From the human T2T-CHM13v2.0 reference genome, Homo sapiens, in NCBI RefSeq assembly GCF_009914755.1, contig NC_060939.1: a stretch of DNA of 64,000 nucleotides; one strand, written 5' to 3'. Under the pieces are notes generated by a model, which saw only the letters and a program-made list of their open reading frames with translations, made no database searches and was not told the origin of the DNA. Below, in pieces: positions 43,101 through 56,600 of the stretch. Made by a program: the position numbers and the translations under genes. Numbering within the stretch: position 1 is the first letter of the stretch; each line of letters opens with the position of its first letter.

Positions 43101-45190
43101 CATTCCATGCGATTCCATTCGAAATCGAATCAATTACATTGCAATCCATTACTATTGAGTCCGTTTTATTCCAGTCCACTGCATTCTGGTCTATTCCATT
43201 TGATTCCATTCCATTCTATTCCATTCCATACAGTTGCATTCCATTGGATTCCATGCTATATCTATAAATTCAATTCGAGACCATTGCTTTTGAGTCCATT
43301 CTATATGATTCCAATCCATTCAAGTCCATTACATTTGGTTGAATTCCATTCCATTCCATTCCCTTCCATTCCATTCCAGTTGATATCAATCCATTCGATT
43401 CCATTCCATTCGAGCACATTCCATTCGAGTCCATTCCATTCGATGCCATTCCATTTGATTCTATTCCATTAGTCTCCATTCAATTCCATTAATCTCCATT
43501 CCATTCCATTCTACTCCAACTGATTCCATTCCATTCTATTCCTTTCCATTCCATTTCATTCCATTCTATTCCATTTCATTCCATTCCATTCCATTCGTGT
43601 CCATTCCACTCCAGTCCATTCCATTCGTGTCCATTCCATTCCAGTCCATTCCATTTGTGTCCACTGCATTCCATTACACTCCATTCCATATTATTCCATT
43701 ACACTCCATTCCATTCTATTACTTTCATTTCCATTCAATTCCATTCCATTTGATTCCATTCCACTCGGTTTCATTCCATTTGAGTCCACTCCATTCCATT
43801 CCATTCCATTCAGTTCCATTACATTCCATTCCATTCGGTACCATTCCATATTGTTCCATTCGATTCCATTCGAATCCATTCCATTCCAGTCCATTCCATT
43901 CGATTCCATTCCATTCATTTCAATTCCATTCCATTCCATTCCATTACATTCCACTTGATTCCTCTCCATTCCCTTCCACTGCATTCCGTTCGATTCCATT
44001 CCATTTCATTGCATTCCATTCCATTGGATTGCATTCCATTCGATTCCATTCCATTCGAATCAATTACATAGCAATCCATTACATTCGAGTCTATTCTATT
44101 CCGTTCCATTCGATTTTGTTCCAATCCATTCGATTCCATTCCATTCGATTCCATTCCATACTATTGCATTCCATTCGATTACATTATATTCGAATAAGTT
44201 CCATTCAAGACCATTTCTTTTGAGTCCATTCTATTTGAGTCCATTCCCTTTGATTCCATAACATTTGAGTCCATTCAATTCCATTCCTTTCGTTTCCATT
44301 CCATTTGATGCCATTCCATTCAATTCTGTTCTACTCGACTCCAATACATTCAATTCCACTCCATCCGATTCCATTACATTCTTTTCATTTCTTATCCATT
44401 TCAAGCCATTCCACTCCATTCCATTCCACTCGTTTCCTTTCCATTCGAGTCCATTCCTCTCCAGTCCATTCCGTTCAATCCATTCCATTCCAGTCCATTC
44501 CATTCGAGTCCGTTCCATTCCAGTCCATTCCATTCGAGTCAATTCCTTTCCATTCGATGTCTTTCCATAACGATCCATTCCATTCTATTCCTTTCGATTC
44601 CATTCCATTCTATTTCATTCCATTCGATTCCCTTCCATTGGACTCCTTTCCATTCGAGTGCATTCCATTCCGTTCCATTTCTTTCCGTTCTGTACGATTC
44701 CTACCGTTCGATTTCATTTTGTTCCAGTCCATTCCTTTCGCGTCCATTCCATTCCATTTCACTCCATTCGATTACATTCCACTCGATTCCACTTCGTTCC
44801 ATTTCATTGCATTCCATTCTATTCAACTCTATTGCCTTCCATTCCATTCCATTCGATTACATTCCATGCGATTCCATTCGAAATCGAATCAATTACATTG
44901 CAACCCATTACAATTGAGTCCGTTTTATTCCAGTCCACTGCATTCTGGTCCATTCCATTTGATTCCATTCCATTCTATTCCATTCCATACAGTTGCATTC
45001 CATTGGATTCCATTCTATATCTATAAATTCAATTCGAGACCATTGCTTTTGAGTCCATTCTATATGATTCCATTCCATTCAAGTCCATTACATTTGGTTC
45101 AATTCCATTCCATTCCATTCCCTTCCATTCCATTCCAGTTGATATCAATCCATTCGATTCCATTCCATTCGAGCACATTCCATTCGAGTC
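30951..45190 (+). repeat. 14,237 bp 8-unit block, copy 2 (direct tandem duplicate)
   Basis: All landmark and ORF coordinates are shifted by exactly 14,237 (16882 to 31119 through 29360 to 43597). I could see only about ten single-base differences. Confidence 0.95.
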
Positions 45191-48100
45191 CATTCCATTC
45201 GATGCCATTCCATTTGATTCTATTCCATTAGTCTCCATTAAATTCCATTAATCTCCATTCCATTCCATTCTACTCCAACTGATTCCATTCCATTCTATTC
45301 CTTTCCATTCCATTTCATTCCATTCCATTCCATTTCATTCCATTCCATTCCATTCGTGTCCATTCCACTCCAGTCCATTCCATTCGTGTCCATTCCGTTC
45401 CAGTCCATTCCATTTGTATCCACTGCATTCCATTCCACTCCATTCCATATTATTCCATTACACTCCATTCCATTCTATTACTTTCATTTCCATTCAATTC
45501 CATTCCATTTGATTCCATTCCACTCGGTTTCATTCCATTTGAGTCCACTCCATTCCATTCCATTCCATTCAGTTCCATTACATTCCATTCCATTCGGTAC
45601 CATTCCATATTGTTCCATTCGATTCCATTCGAATCCATTCCATTCCAGTCCATTCCATTCGATTCCATTCCATTCATTTCAATTCCATTCCATTCCATTC
45701 CACTACATTCCACTTGATTCCTCTCCATTCCCTTCCACTGCATTCCGTTCGATTCCATTCCATTGCATTGCATTCCATTCCATTGGATTGCATTCCATTC
45801 GATTCCATTCCATTCGAATCAATTACATAGCAATCCATTACATTCGAGTCTATTCTATTCCGTTCCATTCGATTTTGTTCCAATCCATTCGATTCCATTC
45901 CATTCGATTCCATTCCATACTATTGCATTCCATTCGATTACATTATATTCGAATAAGTTCCATTCAAGACCATTTCTTTTGAGTCCATTCTATTTGAGTC
46001 CATTCCCTTTGATTCCATAACATTTGAGTCCATTCAATTCCATTCCTTTCGTTTCCATTCCATTTGATGCCATTCCATTCAATTCTGTTCTACTCGACTC
46101 CAATACATTCAATTCCATTCCATCCGATTCCATTACATTCTTTTCATTTCTTATCCATTTCAAGCCATTCCACTCCATTCCATTCCACTCGTTTCCTTTC
46201 CATTCGAGTCCATTCCTCTCCCTTCCATTCCGTTCAATCCATTCCATTCCAGTCCACTCCATTCGAGTCCGTTCCATTCCAGTGCATTCCATTCGAGTCA
46301 ATTCCATTCCATTCGATGTCTTTCCATAACGATCCATTCCATTCTATTCCTTTCGATTCCATTCCATTCTATTTCATTCCATTCGATTCCCTTCCATTGG
46401 ACTCCTTTCCATTCGAGTGCATTCCATTCCGTTCCATTTCTTTCCGTTCTGTACGATTCCTACCGTTCTATTTCATTTTGTTCCATTCCATTCCTTTCGC
46501 GTCCATTCCATTCCATTTCACTGCATTCGATTCCATTCCACTCGATTCCACTTCGTTCCATTTCATTGCATTCCATTCTATTCAACTCTATTGCCTTCCA
46601 TTCCATTCCATTCGATTACATTCCATGCGATTCCATTCGAAATCGAATCAATTACATTGCAATCCATTACAATTGAGTCCGTTTTATTCCAGTCCACTGT
46701 ATTCTGGTCCACTCCATTTGATTCCATTCCATTCTATTCCATTCCATACAGTTGCATTCCTTTGGATTCCATGCTATATATATAAATTCAATTCGAGACC
46801 ATTGCTTTTGAGTCCATTCTATATGATTCCATTCCATTCAAGTCCATTACATTTGGTTCAATTCCATTCCATTCCATTCCCTTCCATTCCATTCCAGTTG
46901 ATATCAATCCATTCGATTCCATTCCATTCGAGCACATTCCATTCGAGTCCATTCCATTCGATGCCATTCCATTTGATTCTATTCCATTAGTCTCCATTCA
47001 ATTCCATTAATCTCCATTCCATTCCATTCTACTCCAACTGATTCCATTCCATTCTATTCCTTTCCATTCCATTTCATTCCATTCCATTCCATTTCATTCC
47101 ATTCCATTCCATTCGCTTCCATTCCATTCGTGTCCATTCCACTCCAGTCCATTCCATTCGTGTCCATTCCATTCCAGTCCATTCCATTTGTGTCCACTGC
47201 ATTCCATTCCACTCCATTCCATATTATTCCATTACACTCCCTTCCATTCTATTACTTTCATTTCCATTCAATTCCATTCCATTTGATTCCATTCCACTCG
47301 GTTTCATTCCATTTGAGTCCACTCCATTCCATTCCATTCCATTCCATTCAGTTCCATTCCATTCCGTTCCATTGCATTCCATTCCATTCGGTACCATTCC
47401 ATATTGTTCCATTCAATTCCATTCGAATCCATTCCATTCCAGTCCATTCCATTCCATTCCATTCCATTCCTTTCAATTCCATTCCATTCCATTCCATTCC
47501 ACTTGATTCCACTTCATTCCCTTCCACTGCATTCCATTCGATTCCATTCCATTGCATTGCATTCCATTCCATTGGACTGCATTCCATTCGATTCCATTCC
47601 ATGCGAATCAATTACATAGCAATCCATTACATTCGAGTCTATTCTATTCCGTTCCATTCGATTTCGTTCCAATCCATTCGATTCCATTCCATTCGATTCC
47701 ATTCCATACTATTGCATTCCATTCTATTACATTATATTCGAATAAGTTCCATTCAAGACCATTTCTTTTGAGTCCAATCTATTTGAGTCCATTCCCTTTG
47801 ATTCCATAACATTTGAGTCCATTCAATTCCATTCCTTTCGTTTCCATTCCATTTGATGCCATTCCATTCAATTCTGTTCTACTCGACTCCAATACATTCA
47901 ATTCCATTCCATCCGATTCCATTACATTCTTTTCATTTCTTATCCATTTCAAGCCATTCCACTCCATTCCATTCCACTCGTTTCCTTTCCATTCGAGTCC
48001 ATTCCTCTCCAGTCCATTCCGTTCAATCCATTCCATTCCAGTCCATTCCATTCGAGTCCGTTCCATTCCAGACCATTCCATTCGAGTCAATTCCATTCCA

Positions 48101-51100
48101 TTCGATGTCTTTCCATAACGATCCATTCCATTCTATTCCTTTCGATTCCATTCCATTCTATTTCATTCCATTCGATTCCCTTCCATTGGACTCCTTTCCA
48201 TTCGAGTGCATTCCATTCCGTTCCATTTCTTTCCGTTCTGTACGATTCCTACCGTTCGATTTCATTTTGTTCCAGTCCATTCCTTTCGCGTCCATTCCAT
48301 TCCATTTCACTCCATTCGATTCCATTCCACTCGATTCCACTTCGTTCCATTTCATTGCATTCCATTCTATTCAACTCTATTGCCTTCCATTCCATTCCAT
48401 TCGATTACATTCCATGCGATTCCATTCGAAATCGAATCAATTACATTGCAATCCATTACAATTGAGTCCGTTTTATTCCAGTCCACTGCATTCTGGTCCA
48501 TTGCATTTGATTCCATTCCATTCTATTCCATTCCATACAGTTGCATTCCATTGGATTCCATGCTATATATATAAATTCAATTCGAGACCATTGCTTTTGA
48601 GTCCATTCTATATGATTCCATTCCATTCAAGTCCATTACATTTGGTTCAATTCCATTCCATTCCATTCCCTTCCATTCCATTCCAGTTGATATCAATCCA
48701 TTCGATTCCATTCCATTCGAGCACATTCCATTCGAGTCCATTCCATTCGATGCCATTCCATTTGATTCTATTCCATTAGTCTCCATTCAATTCCATTAAT
48801 CTCCATTCCATTCCATTCTACTCCAACTGATTCCATTCCATTCTATTCCTTTCCATTCCATTTCATTCCATTCCATTCCATTTCATTCCATTCCATTCCA
48901 TTCGTGTCCATTCCACTCCAGTCCATTCCATTCGTGTCCATTACATTCCAGTCCATTCCATTTGTGTCCACTGCATTCCATTCCACTCCATTCCATATTA
49001 TTCCATTACACTCCATTCCATTCTATTACTTTCATTTCCATTCAATTCCATTCCATTTGATTCCATTCCACTCGGTTTCATTCCATTTGAGTCCACTCCA
49101 TTCCATTCCATTCCATTCTGTTCCATTCCATTCCATTCCATTCGGTACCATTCCATAGTGTTCCATTCGATTTCATTCGAATCCATTCCATTCCAGTCCT
49201 TTCCATTCGATTCCATTCCATTCATTTCAATTCCATTCCATTCCATTCCATTCCATTCCACTTGATTCCTCTCCATTCCCTTCCACTGCATTCCGTTCGA
49301 TTCCATTCCATTGCATTGCATTCCATTCCATTGGATTGCATTCCATTCGATTCCATTCCATTCGAATCAATTACATAGCAATCCATTACATTCGAGTCTA
49401 TTCTCTTCCGTTCCATTCGATTTCGTTCCAATCCATTCGATTCCATTCCATTCGATTCCATTCCATACTATTGCATTCCATTCGATTACATTATATTCGA
49501 ATAAGTTCCATTCAAGACCATTTCTTTTGAGTCCATTCTATTTGAGTCCATTCCCTTTGATTCCATAACATTTGAGTCCATTCAATTCCATTCCTTTCGT
49601 TTCCATTCCATTTGATGCCATTCCATTCAATTCTGTTCTACTCGACTCCAATACATTCAATTCCATTCCATCCGATTCCATTACATTCTTTTCATTTCTT
49701 ATCCATTTCAAGCCATTCCACTCCATTCCATTCCACTCGTTTCCTTTCCATTCGAGTCCATTCCTCTCCAGTCCATTCCGTTCAATCCATTCCATTCCAG
49801 TCCATTCCATTCGAGTCCGTTCCATTCCAGTCCATTCCCTTCGAGTCAATTCCATTCCATTCGATGTCTTTCCATAACGATCCATTCCATTCTATTCCTT
49901 TCGATTCCATTCCATTCTATTTCATTCCATTCGATTCCCTTCCATTGGACTCCTTTCCATTCGAGTGCATTCCATTCCGTTCCATTTCTTTCCGTTCTGT
50001 ACGATTCCTACCGTTCGATTTCATTTTGTTCCAGTCCATTCCTTTCGCGTCCATTCCATTCCATTTCACTCCATTCGATTCCATTCCACTCGATTCCACT
50101 TTGTTCCATTTCATTGCATTCCATTCTATTCAACTCTATTGCCTTCCATTCCATTCCATTCGATTACATTCCATGCGATTCCATTCGAAATCGAATCAAT
50201 TACATTGCAATCCATTACTATTGAGTCCGTTTTATTCCAGTCCACTGCATTCTGGTCCACTCCATTTGATTCCATTCCATTCTATTCCATTCCATACAGT
50301 TGCATTCCATTGGATTCCATTCTATATCTATAAATTCAATTCGAGACCATTGCTTTTGAGTCCATTCTATATGATTCCATTCCATTCAAGTCCATTACAT
50401 TTGGTTCAATTCCATTCCATTCCATTCCCTTCCATTCCATTCCAGTTGATATCAATCCATTCGATTCCATTCCATTCGAGCACATTCCATTCGAGTCCAT
50501 TCCATTCGATGCCATTCCATTTGATTCTATTCCATTAGTCTCCATTCAATTCCATTAATCTCCATTCCATTCCATTCTACTCCAACTGATTCCATTCCAT
50601 TCTATTCCTTTCCATTCCATTTCATTCCATTCCATTCCATTTCATTCCATTCCATTCCATTCGTGTCCATTCCACTCCAGTCCATTCCATTCGTGTCCAT
50701 TCCATTCCAGTCCATTCCATTTGTGTCCACTGCATTCCATTCCACTCCATTCCATATTATTCCATTACACTCCATTCCATTCTATTACTTTCATTTCCAT
50801 TCAATTCCATTCCATTTGATTCCATTCCACTCGGTTTCATTCCATTTGAGTCCACTCCATTCCATTCCATTCCATTCCATTCAGTTCCATTCCATTCTGT
50901 TCCATTCCATTCCGTTCCATTACATTCCATTCCATTCGGTACCATTCCATATTGTTCCATTCGATTCCATTCGAATCCATTCCATTCCAGTCCATTCCAT
51001 TCGATTCCATTCCATTCATTTCAATTCCATTCCATTCCATTCCATTACATTCCACTTGATTCCTCTCCATTCCCTTCCACTGCATTCCGTTCGATTCCAT

Positions 51101-53699
51101 TCCATTGCATTGCATTCCATTCCATTGGATTGCATTCCATTCGATTCCATTCCATTCGAATCAATTACATAGCAATCCATTACATTCGAGTCTATTCTAT
51201 TCCATTCCATTCGATTTCGTTCCAATCCATTCGATTCCATTCCATTCGATTCCATTCCATACTATTGCATTCCATTCGATTACATTATATTCGAATAAGT
51301 TCCATTCAAGACCATTTCTTTTGAGTCCATTCTATTTGAGTCCATTCCCTTTGATTCCATAACATTTGAGTCCATTCAATTCCATTCCTTTCGTTTCCAT
51401 TCCATTTCATGCCATTCCATTCAATTCTGTTCTACTCGACTCCAATACATTCAATTCCATTCCATCCGATTCCATTACATTCTTTTCATTTCTTATCCAT
51501 TTCAAGCCATTCCACTCCATTCCATTCCACTCGTTTCCTTTCCAGTCGAGTCAATTCCTCTCCAGTCCATTCCGTTCAATCCATTCCATTCCAGTCCATT
51601 CCATTCGAGTCCATTCCATTCCAGTCCATTCCATTCGAGTCAATTCCATCCCATTCGATGTCTTCCCATAACGATCCATTCCATTCTATTCCTTTCCATT
51701 CCACTCCATTCTATTTCATTCCATTCGATTCCCTTCCATTGGACTCCTTTCCATTCGAATGCATTCCATTCCGTTCCATTTCTTTCCTTTCTGTACGATT
51801 CCTACCGTTCGATTTCATTTTGTTCCAGTCCATTCCTTTCGCGTCCATTCCATTCCATTTCACTCCATTCGATTCCATTCCACTCGATTCCACTTCGTTC
51901 CATTTCATTGCATTCCATTCTATTCAACTCTATTGCCTTCCATTCCATTCCATTCGATTACATTCCATGCGATTCCATTCGAAATCGAATCAATTACATT
52001 GCAATCCATTACAATTGAGTCCGTTTTATTCCAGTCCACTGCATTCTGGTCCATTCCATTTGATTCCATTCCATTCTATTCCATTCCATACAGTTGCATT
52101 CCTTTGGATTCCATGCTATATCTATAAATTCAATTCGAGACCATTGCTTTTGAGTCCATTCTATATGATTCCATTCCATTCAAGTCCATTACATTTGGTT
52201 CAATTCCATTCCATTCCATTCCCTTCCATTCCATTCCAGTTGATATCAATCCATTCGATTCCATTCCATTCGAGCACATTCCATTCGAGTCCATTCCATT
52301 CGATGCCATTCCATTTGATTCTATTCCATTAGTCTCCATTCAATTCCATTAATCTCCATTCCATTCCATTCTACTCCAACTGATTCCATTCCATTCTATT
52401 CCTTTCCATTCCATTTAATTCCATTCCATTCCATTCCATTCCATTTCATTCCATTCCATTCCATTCGTGTCCATTCCACTCCAGTCCATTCCATTCGTGT
52501 CCATTCCATTCCAGTCCATTCCATTTGTGTCCACTGCATTCCATTCCACTCCATTCCATATTATTCCATTACACTCCATTCCATTCTATTACTTTCATTT
52601 CCATTCAATTCCATTCCATTTGATTCCTTTCCACTCGGTTTCATTCCATTTGAGTCCTGTCCATTCCATTCCATTCCATTCAGTTCCATTACATTCCATT
52701 CCATTCGGTACCATTCCATATTGTTCCATTCGATTCCATTCGAATCCATTCCATTCCAGTCCATTCCATTCGATTCCATTCCATTCATTTCAATTCCATT
52801 CCATTCCATTCCATTACATTCCACTTGATTCCTCTCCATTCCCTTCCACTGCATTCCGTTCGATTCCATTCCATTGCATTGCATTCCATTCCATTGGATT
52901 GCATTCCATTCGATTCCATTCCATTCGAATAAATTACATAGCAATCCATTACATTCGAGTCTATTCTATTCCGTTCCATTCGATTTTGTTCCAATCCATT
53001 CGATTCCATTCCATTCGATTCCATTCCATACTATTGCATTCCATTCGATTACATTATATTCGAATAAGTTCCATTCAAGACCATTTCTTTTGAGTCCATT
53101 CTATTTGAGTCCATTCCCTTTGATTCCATAACATTTGAGTCCATTCAATTCCATTCCTTTCGTTTCCATTCCATTTGATGCCATTCCATTCAATTCTGTT
53201 CTACTCGACTCCAATACATTCAATTCCATTCCATCCGATTCCATTACATTCTTTTCATTTCTTATCCATTTCAAGCCATTCCACTCCATTCCATTCCACT
53301 CGTTTCCTTTCCATTCGAGTCCATTCCTCTCCAGTCCATTCCGTTCAATCCATTCCATTCCAGTCCATTCCATTCGAGTCCGTTCCATTCCAGTCCATTC
53401 CATTCGAGTCAATTCCATTCCATTCGATGTCTTTCCATAACGATCCATTCCATTTTATTCCTTTCGATTCCATTCCATTCTATTTCATTCCATTCGATTC
53501 CCTTCCATTGGACTCCTTTCCATTCGAGTGCATTCCATTCCGTTCCATTTCTTTCCGTTCTGTATGATTCCTACCGTTCGATTTCATTTTGTTCCAGTCC
53601 ATTCCTTTCGCGTCCATTCCATTCCATTTCACTCCATTCGATTCCATTCCACTCGATTCCACTTCGTTCCATTTCATTGCATTCCATTCTATTCAACTC

Positions 53700-56600
53700 T
53701 ATTGCCTTCCATTCCATTCCATTCGATTACATTCCATGCGATTCCATTCGAAATCGAATCAATTACATTGCAATCCATTACTATTGAGTCCGTTTTATTC
53801 CAGTCCACTGCATTCTGGTCCATTCCATTTGATTCCATTCCATTCTATTCCATTCCATACAGTTGCATTCCATTGGATTCCATGCTATATCTATAAATTC
53901 AATTCGAGACCATTGCTTTTCAGTCCATTCTATATGATTCCATTCCATTCAAGTCCATTACATTTGGTTCAATTCCATTCCATTCCATTCCCTTCCATTC
54001 CATTCCAGTTGATATCAATCCATTCGATTCCATTCCATTCGAGCACATTCCATTCGAGTCCATTCCATTCGTTGCCATTCCATTTGATTCTATTCCATTA
54101 GTCTCCATTCAATTCCATTAATCTCCATTCCATTCCATTCTACTCCAACTAATTCCATTCCATTCTATTCCTTTCCATTCCATTTCATTCCATTCCATTC
54201 CATTTCATTCCATTCCATTCCATTCGTGTCCATTCCACTCCAGTCCATTCCATTCGTGTCCATACCATTCCAGTCCATTCCATTTGTGTCCACTGCATTC
54301 CATTCCACTCCATTCCATATTATTCCATTACACTCCATTCCATTCTATTACTTTCATTTCCATTCCATTCCATTCCATTCCATTCAGTTCCATTCCATTC
54401 TGTTCCATTCCATTCCATTCCATTCGGTACCATTCCATAGTGTTCCATTCGATTCCATTCGAATCCATTCCATTCCTGTCCTTTCCATTCGATTCCATTC
54501 TATTCATTTCAATTCCATTCCATTCCATTCCATTCCATTCCACTTGATTCCTCTCCATTCCCTTCCACTGCATTCCGTTCGATTCCATTCCATTGCATTG
54601 CATTCCATTCCATTGGATTGCATTCCATTCGATTCCATTCCATTCGAATCAATTACATAGCAATCCATTACATTCGAGTCTATTCTCTTCCGTTCCATTC
54701 GATTTCGTTCCAATCCATTCGATTCCATTCCATTCGATTCCATTCCATACTATTGCATTCCATTCGATTAAATTATATTCGAATAAGTTCCATTCAAGAC
54801 CATTTCTTTTGAGTCCATTCTATTTGAGTCCATTCCCTTTGATTCCATAACATTTGAGTCCATTCAGTTCCATTCCTTTCGTTTCCATTCCATTTGATGC
54901 CATTCCATTCAATTCTGTTCTACTCGACTCCAATACATTCAATTCCATTCCATCCGATTCCATTACATTCTTTTCATTTCTTATCCATTTCAAGCCATTC
55001 CACTCCATTCCATTCCACTCGTTTCCTTTCCATTCGAGTCCATTCCTCTCCAGTCCATTCCGTTCAATCCATTCCATTCCAGTCCATTCCATTCGAGTCC
55101 GTTCCATTCCAGTCCATTCCATTCGAGTCAATTCCATTCCATTCGATGTCTTTCCATAACGATCCATTCCATTCTATTCCTTTCGATTCCATTCCATTCT
55201 ATTTCATTCCATTCGATTCCCTTCCATTGGACTCCTTTCCATTCGAGTGCATTCCATTCCGTTCCATTTCTTTCCGTTCTGTACGATTCCTACCGTTCGA
55301 TTTCATTTTGTTCCAATCCATTCCTTTCGCGTCCATTCCATTCCATTTCACTCCATTCGATTCCATTCCACTCGATTCCACTTTGTTCCATTTCATTGCA
55401 TTCCATTCTATTCAACTCTATTGCCTTCCATTCCATTCCATTCGATTACATTCCATGCGATTCCATTCGAAATCGAATCAATTACATTGCAATCCATTAC
55501 TATTGAGTCCGTTTTATTCCAGTCCACTGCATTCTGGTCCATTCCATTTGATTCCATTCCATTCTATTCCATTCCATACAGTTGCATTCCATTGGATTCC
55601 ATTCTATATTTATAAATTCAATTCGAGACCATTGCTTTTGAGTCCATTCTATATGATTCCATTCCATTCAATTCCATTACATTTGGTTCAATTCCATTCC
55701 ATTCCATTCCCTTCCATTCCATTCCAGTTGATATCAATCCATTCGATTCCATTCCATTCGAGCACATTCCATTCGAGTCCATTCCATTCGATGCCATTCC
55801 ATTTGATTCTATTCCATTAGTCTCCATTCAATTCCATTAATCTCCATTCCATTCCATTCTACTCCAACTGATTCCATTCCATTCTATTCCTTTCCATTCC
55901 ATTTCATTCCATTCCATTCCATTTCATTCCATTCCATTCCATTCGTGTCCATTCCACTCCAGTCCATTCCATTCGTGTCCATTCCATTCCAGTCCATTCC
56001 ATTTGTGTCCACTGCATTCCATTCCACTCCATTCCATATTATTCCATTACACTCCATTCCATTCTATTACTTTCATTTCCATTGAATTCCATTCCATTTG
56101 ATTCCATTCCACTCGGTTTCATTCCATTTGAGTCCACTCCATTCCATTCCATTCCATTCCATTCAGTTCCATTCCATTCTGTTCCATTCCATTCGGTACC
56201 ATTCCATAGTGTTCCATTCGATTTCATTCGAATCCATTCCATTCCAGTCCTTTCCATTCGATTCCATTCCATTCATTTCAATTCCATTCCATTCCATTCC
56301 ATTACATTCCACTTGATTCCTCTCCATTCCCTTCCACTGCATTCCGTTCGATTCCATTCCATTGCATTGCATTCCATTCCATTGGATTGCATTCCATTCG
56401 ATTCCATTCCATTCGAATCAATTACATAGCAATCCATTACATTCGAGTCTATTCTCTTCCGTTCCATTCGATTTCGTTCCAATCCATTCGATTCCATTCC
56501 ATTCGATTCCATTCCATACTATTGCATTCCATTCGATTACATTATATTCGAATAAGTTCCATTCAAGACCATTTCTTTTGAGTCCATTCTATTTGAGTCC

